A DNA stretch of 26,842 nucleotides, taken from the IMG/VR virus record IMGVR_UViG_3300033067_002099, positions 1 through 26,842 of that record. One strand, 5' to 3'. Made by a program: the position numbers and the translations under genes. This DNA is from a virus (taxonomy: Duplodnaviria; Caudoviricetes). Shown here in pieces: positions 8,353-16,857 of this stretch. The notes under the pieces were generated by a model. It had not been told where the DNA came from, ran no database searches, and saw only the letters and a program-made list of their open reading frames with translations. Positions within the stretch are counted from its first letter, which is position 1. Every line of letters begins with the position of its first letter.

Positions 8353-9825
8353 CTATCCCCCTCCAATGACCCGCGGCGCGGTTTGTCGCTGCTGCTGCGA
8401 CGGGTAATCGAGTGCCACAATCGCCGCGTAGCTTAGCATATCCACTGCATCGTCATTCGCATCGACCTTCTCGTTGCCGGTGAAGCGATACCACTCGCTC
8501 TCGATGTCGTCGAGCGGCATCCCCGGCCGCACGCCCGGGTTGGGCAGCCAGACGCGGCCCGTCGCTGCGAGGTTGATCGCCGGTGTGGCCCGCACCAGCT
8601 TGTCCTGCCCGAGCGGATCGAGCTTCCGCGCCGGCATCCGCGTCCGGGCCGCGAGCGTGAAGACACCGTTGTTGGCGGCCACGGCTTCGATCCAGACGCC
8701 ACCGACGCGCCACTTGTCGGCAAGCGCCTGCAATTGCGGCACGATGTCCGGCAGTTCCTTCTGGAACCGCGCTGCGTCGAGGAGCAGCAATTCGTTCCGC
8801 GGCGTCCGCAACCACACGCCGGCCACGGTCCAGTCGGCGGTCGTCTTCGCACTGGCCGCCGGGTCGCAGGTGATAAAGCGGTCGAAGTCCCACACGCGAA
8901 GTGAACGCTCGTCCACCTCATCGGGCTTGCGGAGGATGAGGTAGTCGCCACGGGTCGTGTAGCGGGGGAACCATTCGGGTTTGAAGCGCCCGCCGACGAC
9001 GGCGTCCCAGTCGCCGGCCTTGATCTGCGCGCGGGTGATGGCGTCGGTGTTCGACAGGCTCTCCTCGTAGCCCTCGGCGTCGAGAGAGGGGTTGTCCTCC
9101 ATCTTGGCGGGGATGAATACCCGCTTCGGCTCGCGCGTCTTGGGATCGACGAATCGGGCCTTCACCCAGGCATGACCGGGGCCGCCGGGGTTCGAAGCCG
9201 ACCGCATCCGCAGCGGCACCTCGGCGAGTGGGCCGAGCCGCTTCTTGCGGAGTCGTGTGAAGAGGAAGGAGTACTGCGTCTCGGTGAAGTCCGTCAGCTC
9301 GTCGAAGGCGATGTACTGGAACTCGGCCGACTTGTACTGGAGCTTGTCGTCCTCGTGTTGGAGGTAGCCGAAGGCAATCTTGGCTCCCGACGGGAACGTC
9401 CATTGCTTGTCGCGGTCGTTCCACGATGCGCCGGTGTCGGCGAGGTACTCCTTCGCACGATCCATGAGCGCGCCCGGCTTGGCCAGGTCCGCGTAAGTGC
9501 GGCGGAGGATGAGGGCGGCAAAACCGGGGACGTGAACGAATTGCAGCGCCCCATACCAGAGCGCCTGAGACTTGCCGCCACCGCCGGCCCCACCGTAGAA
9601 GAGTTCGCGGGTCTCGGCGTGCAGGAGAAACTGCTGCTGCTTCGGGTGCGGCCCGAACCACTCGCGGCCGTCCGGAAGGACGGTGAGTTCCTTTTTGATC
9701 CAGTCGTTATCCGTGACCGTCCGATGGTACAGGCCGAACGCCCGCTGCCAGGACTCCATCCATGAAGGATCGGAATGCTCCGGGATCGAGGGCGTGTTTT
9801 GGCTCGACGGTACCGCTGTGCTCAT
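8353..9825 (-). CDS. terL: Terminase large subunit
   Basis: Walker A GGAGGGGKS, Walker B FDELTDF, SNPGG coupling motif, nuclease CDPA and NDDAVD; exact start uncertain. Confidence 0.95.
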   Translation of the reverse strand: MSTAVPSSQNTPSIPEHSDPSWMESWQRAFGLYHRTVTDNDWIKKELTVLPDGREWFGPHPKQQQFLLHAETRELFYGGAGGGGKSQALWYGALQFVHVPGFAALILRRTYADLAKPGALMDRAKEYLADTGASWNDRDKQWTFPSGAKIAFGYLQHEDDKLQYKSAEFQYIAFDELTDFTETQYSFLFTRLRKKRLGPLAEVPLRMRSASNPGGPGHAWVKARFVDPKTREPKRVFIPAKMEDNPSLDAEGYEESLSNTDAITRAQIKAGDWDAVVGGRFKPEWFPRYTTRGDYLILRKPDEVDERSLRVWDFDRFITCDPAASAKTTADWTVAGVWLRTPRNELLLLDAARFQKELPDIVPQLQALADKWRVGGVWIEAVAANNGVFTLAARTRMPARKLDPLGQDKLVRATPAINLAATGRVWLPNPGVRPGMPLDDIESEWYRFTGNEKVDANDDAVDMLSYAAIVALDYPSQQQRQTAPRVIGGG

Positions 9826-10177
9826 TTTGAATGGGCTGGCCGTTCGGCCCGGAAAGCTCGTGCTTCTCGGGAGTCATGCCGAGGTGCTTCATCGCCAATC
9901 CCAGGGCCGCTACGCGAGCCGCGTGGCTCGATCCCTTTCCAGTGTACTCGGCTTCGCGCTTCAGCCGCTGAAGCGCCCACGCCGCAGTGATGCCCGTATC
10001 CTCGGATCGCCGCTCCACGGCAACGGCAATAGCAGCCTTCACCTTGACATTCGCCAACAGGCGAGAGCCTTGTTGATCGGCCGTCCGCTCGCTGTACCCA
10101 GCCCGGATCGCCGCCTGCGTCGCGTTCAGATCGACGAGGTACTCTTCGACAAATCGCTGTTGTTTCGGAGTGAGCAT
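9707..10177 (-). CDS. terS: Terminase small subunit
   Basis: Classic MLTPKQQRFVEEYLVDLNATQAAIRAGYS motif; GAGG RBS. Confidence 0.95.
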   Translation of the reverse strand: MLTPKQQRFVEEYLVDLNATQAAIRAGYSERTADQQGSRLLANVKVKAAIAVAVERRSEDTGITAAWALQRLKREAEYTGKGSSHAARVAALGLAMKHLGMTPEKHELSGPNGQPIQNEHSGTVEPKHALDPGAFRSFMDGVLAAGVRPVPSDGHG

Positions 10178-10406
10178 GACGGCCTCATCCTACTCCCTAC
10201 CGCCGCTGCTTGTGCGCGCAGGGCCTCCTATATATCTGTCTCTCTCTTGTAGTGAGTGTGCAATACACACAGTATGTATAGAGCCTGCGCACCAAACACC
10301 GCAGACCAGCGTTATCACCTGCAATTCCAGGCATTTTCGCGGTTTTTCGACCTCAATCTGCACCATTCCGATAGGCATTTTCTGTGCAAGAATTGCTCTG
10401 ACGTGT

Positions 10407-10435
10407 AAACGAAAACGCCCGGCGTGATGCCGGGC
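10407..10435 (-). terminator. Intrinsic terminator ending the early/middle operon
   Basis: GCCCGGC-ATCAC-GCCGGGC then GTTTTCGTTT on the minus strand, ~20 nt after the 10456 stop; followed by an AT-richer region upstream of terS. Confidence 0.7.
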
Positions 10436-10455
10436 TGGAGTGGTTGTTGAGTTGC

Positions 10456-10956
10456 TCACGCGGATTTCTTCAGCTTCCACGCGTACACCGTGCAGCCGCG
10501 ATAGTTCCCGACGGCGGTAGCCTCATACAGGTCGTCGCGGGACTTCAGGACGTAGTAGACCGACTGGTATCCACACCCCGTTGCCGCCGCGATCTGCTTC
10601 GCCTGGAGTGGTTCCTTTGTGTTCGCCAGGCACTGCCGCACCCGTTCGGCCGCCTGCCCGCGGTTGAGCCGCATGGCCACGTCGGCCGGCGGGGACGCGG
10701 CGAGCTTGCCGATCGCCTCCAGGTGACGCCGCACCGTGCATTCGGGCAGGATCAGCAACCGGCTGATGCGCTGCACGTCAGACCCGTACCGCCGCGATGC
10801 CTTCTCGACCATCCGGCAGTGCTTTGCGGCGATGGCCTCGGGCGCGGTGTCCGGGTGCAACTCCTCGAACGCGACGGAACCGATGTCGTAGTAGAGCGGT
10901 TCCGCGGTCGGAAGGAAGTACGTGGCGCGACGCGCTTTTGGCACGACGTCAATCAT
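10456..10956 (-). CDS. Putative HTH DNA-binding protein (possible late regulator)
   Basis: Two HTH-like segments (VQRISRLLILPECTVRRHL; AKQIAAATGCGYQSVYYVL); last gene before the late region. Confidence 0.65.
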   Translation of the reverse strand: MIDVVPKARRATYFLPTAEPLYYDIGSVAFEELHPDTAPEAIAAKHCRMVEKASRRYGSDVQRISRLLILPECTVRRHLEAIGKLAASPPADVAMRLNRGQAAERVRQCLANTKEPLQAKQIAAATGCGYQSVYYVLKSRDDLYEATAVGNYRGCTVYAWKLKKSA

Positions 10957-11504
10957 GCGTCGAACTCCTTTCGTGCCGCCGCCTCCGCATCCAGCCTGGC
11001 TCGGAAAGCCTTTTCAAACTCCGCGTCGCCAATGTCGATCTCGGCCCGGATTCGCTCGCCCTCGCGCGTTGCCTGTCGTTCCGCAGGGTGCGTCGGCATC
11101 TCCCCGCGCTCAACCCGTTCCTCCATCAACCGCACCTTCTCCTCGGTGCCCGGTTGCAGCGTTGCTGGCCCCTCCGGGGCCCGCCCCTGCGTCTGCCCTT
11201 CCCCGATGCGGGCCTGGCCTTCGAACCGCTTGTTCGAGCACGGTCGGCAGCGGGTGAGTCGCTGGCCTCGCTCGTTCGTGGTGCCGTACCGCTCGAACGT
11301 CCTGTGGTGAACGATCCGGCTCGTCCGACAATCCGGACACCGCACGAGCACCGTCTTCGGCTTCCCGTCCGGCCGGTATCGCTTCCCGGCCCGGTAGCAC
11401 GCCCGGCACACCTTCTCCTGCACCTGCTTCAAGTGCGACGGGTAGGCCACGCACTTCTGCAGCAACCACCGCTCACCACCGCAGGCCGGGCACGGCACGT
11501 TCAC
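10953..11504 (-). CDS. Multi-CxxC zinc-finger protein (183 aa)
   Basis: GTG overlaps the upstream TGA; CPAC, CRAC, CPDC, CRPC; C-terminal PGTEEKVRLMEERVERG. Confidence 0.72.
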   Translation of the reverse strand: MNVPCPACGGERWLLQKCVAYPSHLKQVQEKVCRACYRAGKRYRPDGKPKTVLVRCPDCRTSRIVHHRTFERYGTTNERGQRLTRCRPCSNKRFEGQARIGEGQTQGRAPEGPATLQPGTEEKVRLMEERVERGEMPTHPAERQATREGERIRAEIDIGDAEFEKAFRARLDAEAAARKEFDA

Positions 11505-12256
11505 GCGGGTGTCGTCAGCAATTCGCGGCCCCGATCCGTCAGGCCCCAGAGGCCCGAGTCGCTCTTGCGGAAGTACCTCGACGACTGGCTCAGGGCGTTC
11601 GGCCCGTTGTTGAGCAGCCGCTGGTGGACGACCTTCGTTGGCAGGCACGCCTCTTCGGCGATCTTCTCGACGTTCGTCGTCAGCCCCAGCCGGTCCATCG
11701 CCGCTGCGATCGCCCGCACCTGCGCCTTGGCCTCCGCCACGCTCGCGGGTGGTTGCGGGGGCGGGGCCATTACTGGCGGGGGTGGAGTCGCCGGTGGCCT
11801 CTCCGGTGCGTAGCGAGCCAGCCCCGCCGCGCTCAGCCGATACGGACTCCGGATGTTGCTGGGATCCACGTGCTCGAAGAACGGCATCTTCAGCACCTCG
11901 TAAATCCCCGATGGCGATGTGCCGATCTCGCTCGCAATCGCCACGCGGGTGGCCGGCCCCCGCAGCAGGACTGCCGCCACGGCATCGGGCAGCCCGTTCC
12001 GCGGTCGCCGCTTCGCCCCCGGCGCGGCTGCCGGTGCTGCCGTCGCCGGGGGCTGCGGTTTTCCCGGCGTCGTGACCGGCTGGGGAGCTGGCGCTGGTGC
12101 GGGTGGCGGTCCTCCCGGAGGTGCGTGCGCACGCACCGGGGCAGCGTCTCCGGCCAACTCCAGAAGCGTCTCGCGGGTCGTGCGGAGCCGGGCGAGTTGC
12201 GTCTCGGCCTGGCCGATCTCCGCGTCCAGGCGCTCGAGCAGTGCGTCAGCGTTCAT
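11501..12256 (-). CDS. Coiled-coil plus winged-HTH-like protein with Pro-rich linkers (251 aa)
   Basis: GGAGG RBS, ATGA overlap with parB; TRVAIASEIGTSPSGIYEVL and NVEKIAEEACLPTKVV are HTH-like. Confidence 0.72.
   Translation of the reverse strand: MNADALLERLDAEIGQAETQLARLRTTRETLLELAGDAAPVRAHAPPGGPPPAPAPAPQPVTTPGKPQPPATAAPAAAPGAKRRPRNGLPDAVAAVLLRGPATRVAIASEIGTSPSGIYEVLKMPFFEHVDPSNIRSPYRLSAAGLARYAPERPPATPPPPVMAPPPQPPASVAEAKAQVRAIAAAMDRLGLTTNVEKIAEEACLPTKVVHQRLLNNGPNALSQSSRYFRKSDSGLWGLTDRGRELLTTPA
12120..12137. repeat. Palindrome copy 3 (intragenic; encodes VRAHAP)
   Basis: CCCGGA-GGTGCGTGCGCACGCACC-GGG. Confidence 0.9.
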
Positions 12257-14172
12257 GCGGCCTCCTGGGGTTCGTTCATCTCCCGCTTCAACTCCATCTC
12301 TGCCGTCTCGCGACAGGCGTCCCAACTCACGTCGTAGTGGCCCAGCAGCCAGTCCTTGAGCGATTGCCCATCGGCCGCAGCAAAGCGGCTGGGGTCGGCG
12401 AGCACGACGGACGTGCAGAGGTGCAAGAGGAACCCGAGCATCCGCTGCGGTGTTGCATCGGCGATGGCCGCGGCGTAGACCTTCGCGGCACTCTCCCGCA
12501 GGTTGACGGAGCCGTACTCCTCTTTCATCCCCGGCAGGTATTCGCGGAGCACGTCGAGCCGTTCGGTGCCCACGTCGAGCCAGTCGCGGATCAGCACGCG
12601 GCCCACGAACTGCAGCGCCTCATACGCGTCCGTCTCCGGCCCACCGTTCGCGGCGAGCGGGGCCAGGCTCTCGAAGTTGGCCTCGGCGCAGTCGCGGATG
12701 TCGCGGGACGCCAGCAGGACGGCGCGGTCGTCGATCTCCCACTTGGTGGGCTCGGCGGGCTTTTTGGGGGCGGCCGGTTTATGCGTGGAAGGTGCCGAAT
12801 TATCGGTGTTCGGGCCAGTTTGATAACTGGAATGGCCATTCTTATGCGTGGAATCGCCGTTCTTAGCACTCTCCCGCTTCCGCGGCTCGGGTTTATCGAA
12901 CACGTTGGCGGCGATGAGCCCCTTGCGGGCTTCAGTCGTCTTTACGAGGTGGATCGGCTTGTCGTTGTGGAACGCAAGGTAGACCTGGGGCGTCTGCTTG
13001 TGCTCTTTCAGGTACGCTCTGAACGACATGCCCAGGTAGCCGGCGGTGATTTCCTGGCTCAGCTCCGTGGCGAGACACTTCGCATCGAGCACGCACCAGC
13101 CCTTCGGCGGCTTCGGATGATCAGAAGCCACGAACGACATCGGCCACGCAAACTCGTCCGGTACCGGCACGATCCCCTTCTTCTCCGCATCGACCAGCAC
13201 GCGAGCCCGCGCCGCCTCCGCCTTCGCCCGGAAGCAGTCCGGGTTGAGGCAGGTGTCAGCCCGCACACCGCCAGCCTTCGCCTCGGGGTCGTTGCCCGCA
13301 CGGTTGGGGCAGGCATCGCAGGAGCCGACGCCGTCGAGCAGATCGAGCGCCGTCCGCGAGAACGGAGCGCCCTTGAGTTCGCGGGTGAAGTGAGCGTTCA
13401 CCAGGGTGCGGGCTTCGCGGAAAGAAAGGGGGGCTGCGTCACCGTCTGGCCGTGTCTCTTCCGTCCACTCGCTGAAGGTTGTGTTGTCGAGGTCGCGCGG
13501 ATGACTCAGCCCCATCATCGCGCATGCTGCAGCCTTCTTCCGGCTCTCCTCTCCCGGCACCCTCGCCACGATTTCCGCCGTCGCCCGCGGCAGTCGTCCC
13601 GTATCGACCGCGGCGAGCGCCCAGGCCGGCAACCGTGCCAGCCGCAAGAGACCCCGCACGAACGCGACCGGCTTGCCGGTAGCCTCCGCGATCCGCTCGG
13701 CGGTCTTCCCGGCCGCGGCGAGCCGACTGTACGCGGCGGCCTGCTCGGACGGCTTCACGTCCTCGCGCTGGTCATTTTCCATCAGCTGCACCAGCAGCAC
13801 ATCCTCATCGGAGAGCCAGCGGACGACGACCGGCACCTTCGGCAACCGCGCGAGCTTCGCCGCGGCGAGCCGCCGGTGCCCGGCGACGACCTCGTAATGC
13901 TTCAGGCCCACCCAGTCATCGTTCCGGAACTCCGCCGTGAGCGGCACCGGCCGCACCACAAGCGGTTGCAGCACGCCGACCTGGGCGAACGATGCGGCCA
14001 GTTCCTGAACGGATTCCTCCGGGATCGTCTGCCGGGGGTTCGTCGGGCACGGCCGCAGTTCGGACGTTTTCGCGGTGCCTCGCACCTCCCGTGGCTCGCC
14101 CGGAGGTGCGGGCGCACGCACTGGCGTAGGCTTGACCTTCGCGGGCTTCGACTTCGCTTTCGTCGCGATCAT
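12253..14172 (-). CDS. parB: Large ParB/Spo0J-family protein (639 aa)
   Basis: NPRQ, GVLQPLVVRP, VVAGHRR (CTP-binding GxRR), ENDQREDV, HTH TAERIAEATGKPVAFV, internal CDAC...CLNPDC. Confidence 0.9.
   Translation of the reverse strand: MIATKAKSKPAKVKPTPVRAPAPPGEPREVRGTAKTSELRPCPTNPRQTIPEESVQELAASFAQVGVLQPLVVRPVPLTAEFRNDDWVGLKHYEVVAGHRRLAAAKLARLPKVPVVVRWLSDEDVLLVQLMENDQREDVKPSEQAAAYSRLAAAGKTAERIAEATGKPVAFVRGLLRLARLPAWALAAVDTGRLPRATAEIVARVPGEESRKKAAACAMMGLSHPRDLDNTTFSEWTEETRPDGDAAPLSFREARTLVNAHFTRELKGAPFSRTALDLLDGVGSCDACPNRAGNDPEAKAGGVRADTCLNPDCFRAKAEAARARVLVDAEKKGIVPVPDEFAWPMSFVASDHPKPPKGWCVLDAKCLATELSQEITAGYLGMSFRAYLKEHKQTPQVYLAFHNDKPIHLVKTTEARKGLIAANVFDKPEPRKRESAKNGDSTHKNGHSSYQTGPNTDNSAPSTHKPAAPKKPAEPTKWEIDDRAVLLASRDIRDCAEANFESLAPLAANGGPETDAYEALQFVGRVLIRDWLDVGTERLDVLREYLPGMKEEYGSVNLRESAAKVYAAAIADATPQRMLGFLLHLCTSVVLADPSRFAAADGQSLKDWLLGHYDVSWDACRETAEMELKREMNEPQEAA
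14106..14121. repeat. Palindrome copy 4 (1 mismatch; inside the 5' end of parB)
   Basis: CCCGGAG-GTGCGGGCGCACGCAC. Confidence 0.8.
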
Positions 14173-14549
14173 GCTGCTCCCCTTCGCGTCAGAATCGCCT
14201 CCACGGCGGCCCAGGCCGACGGTCTCCAGATGTATGCTTCCGCTCCCGCCGCCTTCAGTCGGTTCAGCCAGTGCGTCTGCTCCGCCGAGAGCGTGCCGGA
14301 CTCGGTCTTCAGTTCCGCGTACACGACTCGCTCGCGGACCAGCACGAGGTCCGGGAACCCCTCCGGAGACCGCCGCGAATCGTGCGTGTGATACCACTCC
14401 CAGCCGAGCGATTCCGCGAGCCGCACCACGCCGGCCTGGAACGCCTTCTCGGTGCAGTCGAGCCGCGGCGGCGCGATGATGACGCCACAGGCCCGCTCAG
14501 TGGTGCGGCCGTCGGCGCGGGCCTTCACGAGCCAGTCAGGGTCGCGCAT
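14169..14549 (-). CDS. VRR-NUC domain nuclease
   Basis: EKAFQ...GFPDLVLVRERVVYAELK...LSAEQTHWL, a PD-(D/E)xK motif. Confidence 0.9.
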   Translation of the reverse strand: MRDPDWLVKARADGRTTERACGVIIAPPRLDCTEKAFQAGVVRLAESLGWEWYHTHDSRRSPEGFPDLVLVRERVVYAELKTESGTLSAEQTHWLNRLKAAGAEAYIWRPSAWAAVEAILTRRGAA

Positions 14550-14925
14550 CCGTGGCCTCCGGGTCGAGTCTCGCTTCCGCGTTGTACCCCCGCCGGAACA
14601 GCACGTTCGCGAACGCATGGGCCTGGTCGATGCGGCCCGGCTGGGCGTAGACGACGATCACGGGTAGCTCTGGCAGCGGCAGCGGTTTGCCTTCCAGTTT
14701 GAACAGCGTTGGCGCGTCGTCGTCCTTCGCTTTCCGCGGGGCCTTCGGCCGCTGCGGGAAGTCGCCGCACACCGTGGCGGGGACGTGACCGACGCCCCAC
14801 GGATGCGACTCCACGGGCACAAGCGTCACGGTGTAGGTGCGGCCGTCGGGTAGGTGCTCACCGACGAGCCGGCAGCCAGTGGGGAGTTCGAGCGGCTGTG
14901 GGCCGCTGGCGGTGCGTGTGCTCAT
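14536..14925 (-). CDS. Hypothetical protein (129 aa)
   Basis: GAGG RBS, ATGA overlap. Confidence 0.65.
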   Translation of the reverse strand: MSTRTASGPQPLELPTGCRLVGEHLPDGRTYTVTLVPVESHPWGVGHVPATVCGDFPQRPKAPRKAKDDDAPTLFKLEGKPLPLPELPVIVVYAQPGRIDQAHAFANVLFRRGYNAEARLDPEATDARP

Positions 14926-15149
14926 GCGATAGCGTCCTCTAGTGCTCTCACCGCGTTCTCGAATCCAGGGTTGTCTTCATCCTGCTTCGTCCCACGAAAC
15001 CGAAAGGCGATCCTGTCGAGCCGCGGGACCGCCCACGGGATTCGTCCGAAACAGTTCCGGCACACCATGCGACCCCCGCCCATCCGATTCCCCGGCGGAA
15101 ACCACCGCACTTTTGCTTCGCCACACCACTTGCAGTGCGATTGCTTCAC
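14922..15149 (-). CDS. Small zinc-finger protein (75 aa)
   Basis: GTGA overlap; CKWC..CRNC; C-terminal NPGFENAVRALED. Confidence 0.62.
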   Translation of the reverse strand: MKQSHCKWCGEAKVRWFPPGNRMGGGRMVCRNCFGRIPWAVPRLDRIAFRFRGTKQDEDNPGFENAVRALEDAIA

Positions 15150-15406
15150 GCGGCCCCCTTCGGCTTCCGATGCGCCGGCCCGTTCGGGCAACTGGCAAAG
15201 TGGCTCCGGTGCAGCTTCGCGCCCGCCGCCTTCGCCTCGGCGAGCACGTCGCCCTTCAGCCAGCCGGCCGTGCCATCGGGCTGGGTCTCGATGGTGCCGT
15301 CCGGATGCGGCTCCGCGTCCAGTGGCATCCGGCGCTTCGTGGTCGCCATCACGGCCCAGATCATCGGTGCGCCGCAGCTGCGGCATTTGGCGTGCTCCAT
15401 GCTCAC
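15146..15406 (-). CDS. Small Zn-binding phage protein (86 aa)
   Basis: CRSCGAPMIW...MPLDAEP...SHFASCP, a common phage motif. Confidence 0.8.
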   Translation of the reverse strand: MSMEHAKCRSCGAPMIWAVMATTKRRMPLDAEPHPDGTIETQPDGTAGWLKGDVLAEAKAAGAKLHRSHFASCPNGPAHRKPKGAA

Positions 15407-15840
15407 AGATCCTCCACGTCGGAATCGTCATCGTCGGCGTCCATCCCCTCCCAGATCGTCGTCGGCTCGTCCTTCGCGCTGCTGGCCGGGGCGAGTTGCT
15501 TCGGCAGTTCCCACGACTCGACGGGCTTGGGCATGTGCCGCCGCGCCGCGACCCGGGCGGCTTCCTCGCTGACGTACTCGATGGAGTAAACGCTCCCGGC
15601 GTTGAACTCGACGGTGCGGAAGCCGTCGGCGTCGATCACGTCGATGCGGCCCAGTTTGCCGCCGAACCTCTCGACCTCGCTGAGCTTCCCGGCGTACTGC
15701 TTGTGGCCCATGAGGCTGACGATGGCCCAGACGATTGCGGCTTCGGCTGCCACCGATTCTTTAACGCACCACTGGCAGACGCTCCGATCCGGCGGCACTG
15801 GTCGAACTCGACAAATCGCGCACACGTCTTCCACGATCAT
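15403..15840 (-). CDS. Hypothetical phage protein (145 aa)
   Basis: WAIVSLMGH...GRIDV...SVYSI motif; ATGA overlaps; GGAGG RBS. Confidence 0.75.
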   Translation of the reverse strand: MIVEDVCAICRVRPVPPDRSVCQWCVKESVAAEAAIVWAIVSLMGHKQYAGKLSEVERFGGKLGRIDVIDADGFRTVEFNAGSVYSIEYVSEEAARVAARRHMPKPVESWELPKQLAPASSAKDEPTTIWEGMDADDDDSDVEDL

Positions 15841-16085
15841 TCCTCCCAGGTGAAGGTTGCCGCCCGGCCCTCAACGGCCGTGCAACGGTGTTCGATGCGG
15901 GCGAAGTTGGGCTTGGTCACGTCGAACTGCGCGGCGTAGTTCTTCGCGCAGTAGTCGAGGGCGTCCTGCTCCGTTGATGCAACCACGGCCACTACGCGAA
16001 ATCCGAACGGCCGGTCTTTAATCCGGATCAGGTAGACGCTCATGGCCGGTTCGCCCGCCGGCGGTCGGTACAGGCTCTCGATCAT
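15837..16085 (-). CDS. Hypothetical protein (start 16085 or 16043)
   Basis: GGAGGAG upstream of the ATG at 16085; coupled stop. Confidence 0.55.
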   Translation of the reverse strand: MIESLYRPPAGEPAMSVYLIRIKDRPFGFRVVAVVASTEQDALDYCAKNYAAQFDVTKPNFARIEHRCTAVEGRAATFTWEE

Positions 16086-16311
16086 GTGCTAACTCCTCCA
16101 ATTGTTTCCGAGTGTCGCTCGTGTGCAGTCCGTACTCGTTCGCACACCGCAGACACGCCCGGATGGTCCACCACTTCCGCCCCATGTTCGCCTCGTGCTC
16201 GGGCGGGCACGCGCCGTACAGATAAACGTCACCCACACGGATGGTGTGGTAACTCCGCTCCGTGCAGAGGTACTCCTTGCGAGCCTTCCGCAGTCCGTAT
16301 TGGCCCCGCAT
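16018..16311 (-). CDS. Small Cys/His protein (97 aa)
   Basis: RKARKEYLC...IRVGDVY...CLRC, a phage-type motif. Confidence 0.65.
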   Translation of the reverse strand: MRGQYGLRKARKEYLCTERSYHTIRVGDVYLYGACPPEHEANMGRKWWTIRACLRCANEYGLHTSDTRKQLEELAHDREPVPTAGGRTGHERLPDPD

Positions 16312-16441
16312 GTCGCCCTCGAATCTCTTGCTTGGCTTGCTCGACAGCCCGGTGAAGAGACATCCAGTCGTCCTCGGTCCACTCGCGGGCGTCCACTGGC
16401 AAACCGTCGGGCGATAGGCGACGGCGTTCGCGTTTGGTCAT
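16229..16441 (-). CDS. Hypothetical protein (70 aa)
   Basis: ATGA overlap; DAREWTEDDW. Confidence 0.55.
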   Translation of the reverse strand: MTKRERRRLSPDGLPVDAREWTEDDWMSLHRAVEQAKQEIRGRHAGPIRTAEGSQGVPLHGAELPHHPCG

Positions 16442-16857
16442 GCCAGCACCGCGCGTGCTTCTCGCCGCTTCGCCCCCATCGGCTTCATGGCTGCCCAGCG
16501 GTCGATGGCCGCGATCAGGTCGTCGAGTTTGGCGACGCCGTTCTCGCCGATCACGACCCAGCCGCCGACACGGTTGATGATCTGCTTCCGCTCGACGGTG
16601 CGCTTCTTGCCGCCGCCGAGGAAGAACAACGGCACGCCGCTGCCCGACCAGTAGCCGGCCTCAAAGTAGTCGCCCTTCGGCCCGTTGTTGTGGAACACCA
16701 CGATGGCCGGCGGCCCGGTGCCGTCCCATCGCTCCCAGCCCGCCGCGTCCAGCGCGGCGCAGATTTCGGCGTTCGATGGCCGTGTGGTCTCGTTGGCCAG
16801 CACGACGTACCCGCATCCCAGGTTTTTCATGCTCTGTTCCTCTCTGGTGATCTTCAC
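16438..16857 (-). CDS. Hypothetical protein (start 16857 or 16830)
   Basis: Coupled to both neighbours; GAGG before the ATG at 16830. Confidence 0.65.
   Translation of the reverse strand: MKITREEQSMKNLGCGYVVLANETTRPSNAEICAALDAAGWERWDGTGPPAIVVFHNNGPKGDYFEAGYWSGSGVPLFFLGGGKKRTVERKQIINRVGGWVVIGENGVAKLDDLIAAIDRWAAMKPMGAKRREARAVLA

Noticed and set aside
10190-10480. 96-aa ORF and a possible LexA-like box in the AT-richer gap upstream of terS
   Set aside because: The ORF crosses a terminator and looks non-coding; no proper CTGT-N8-ACAG; probably the late promoter/packaging region, but I could not place elements confidently
12097-14391. Long plus-strand ORFs (e.g. 764 aa here; 2269-3600, 16102-17751, 22133-23455)
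   Set aside because: Antisense shadows of well-supported minus-strand genes in high-GC DNA; Arg/Pro-rich and without motifs
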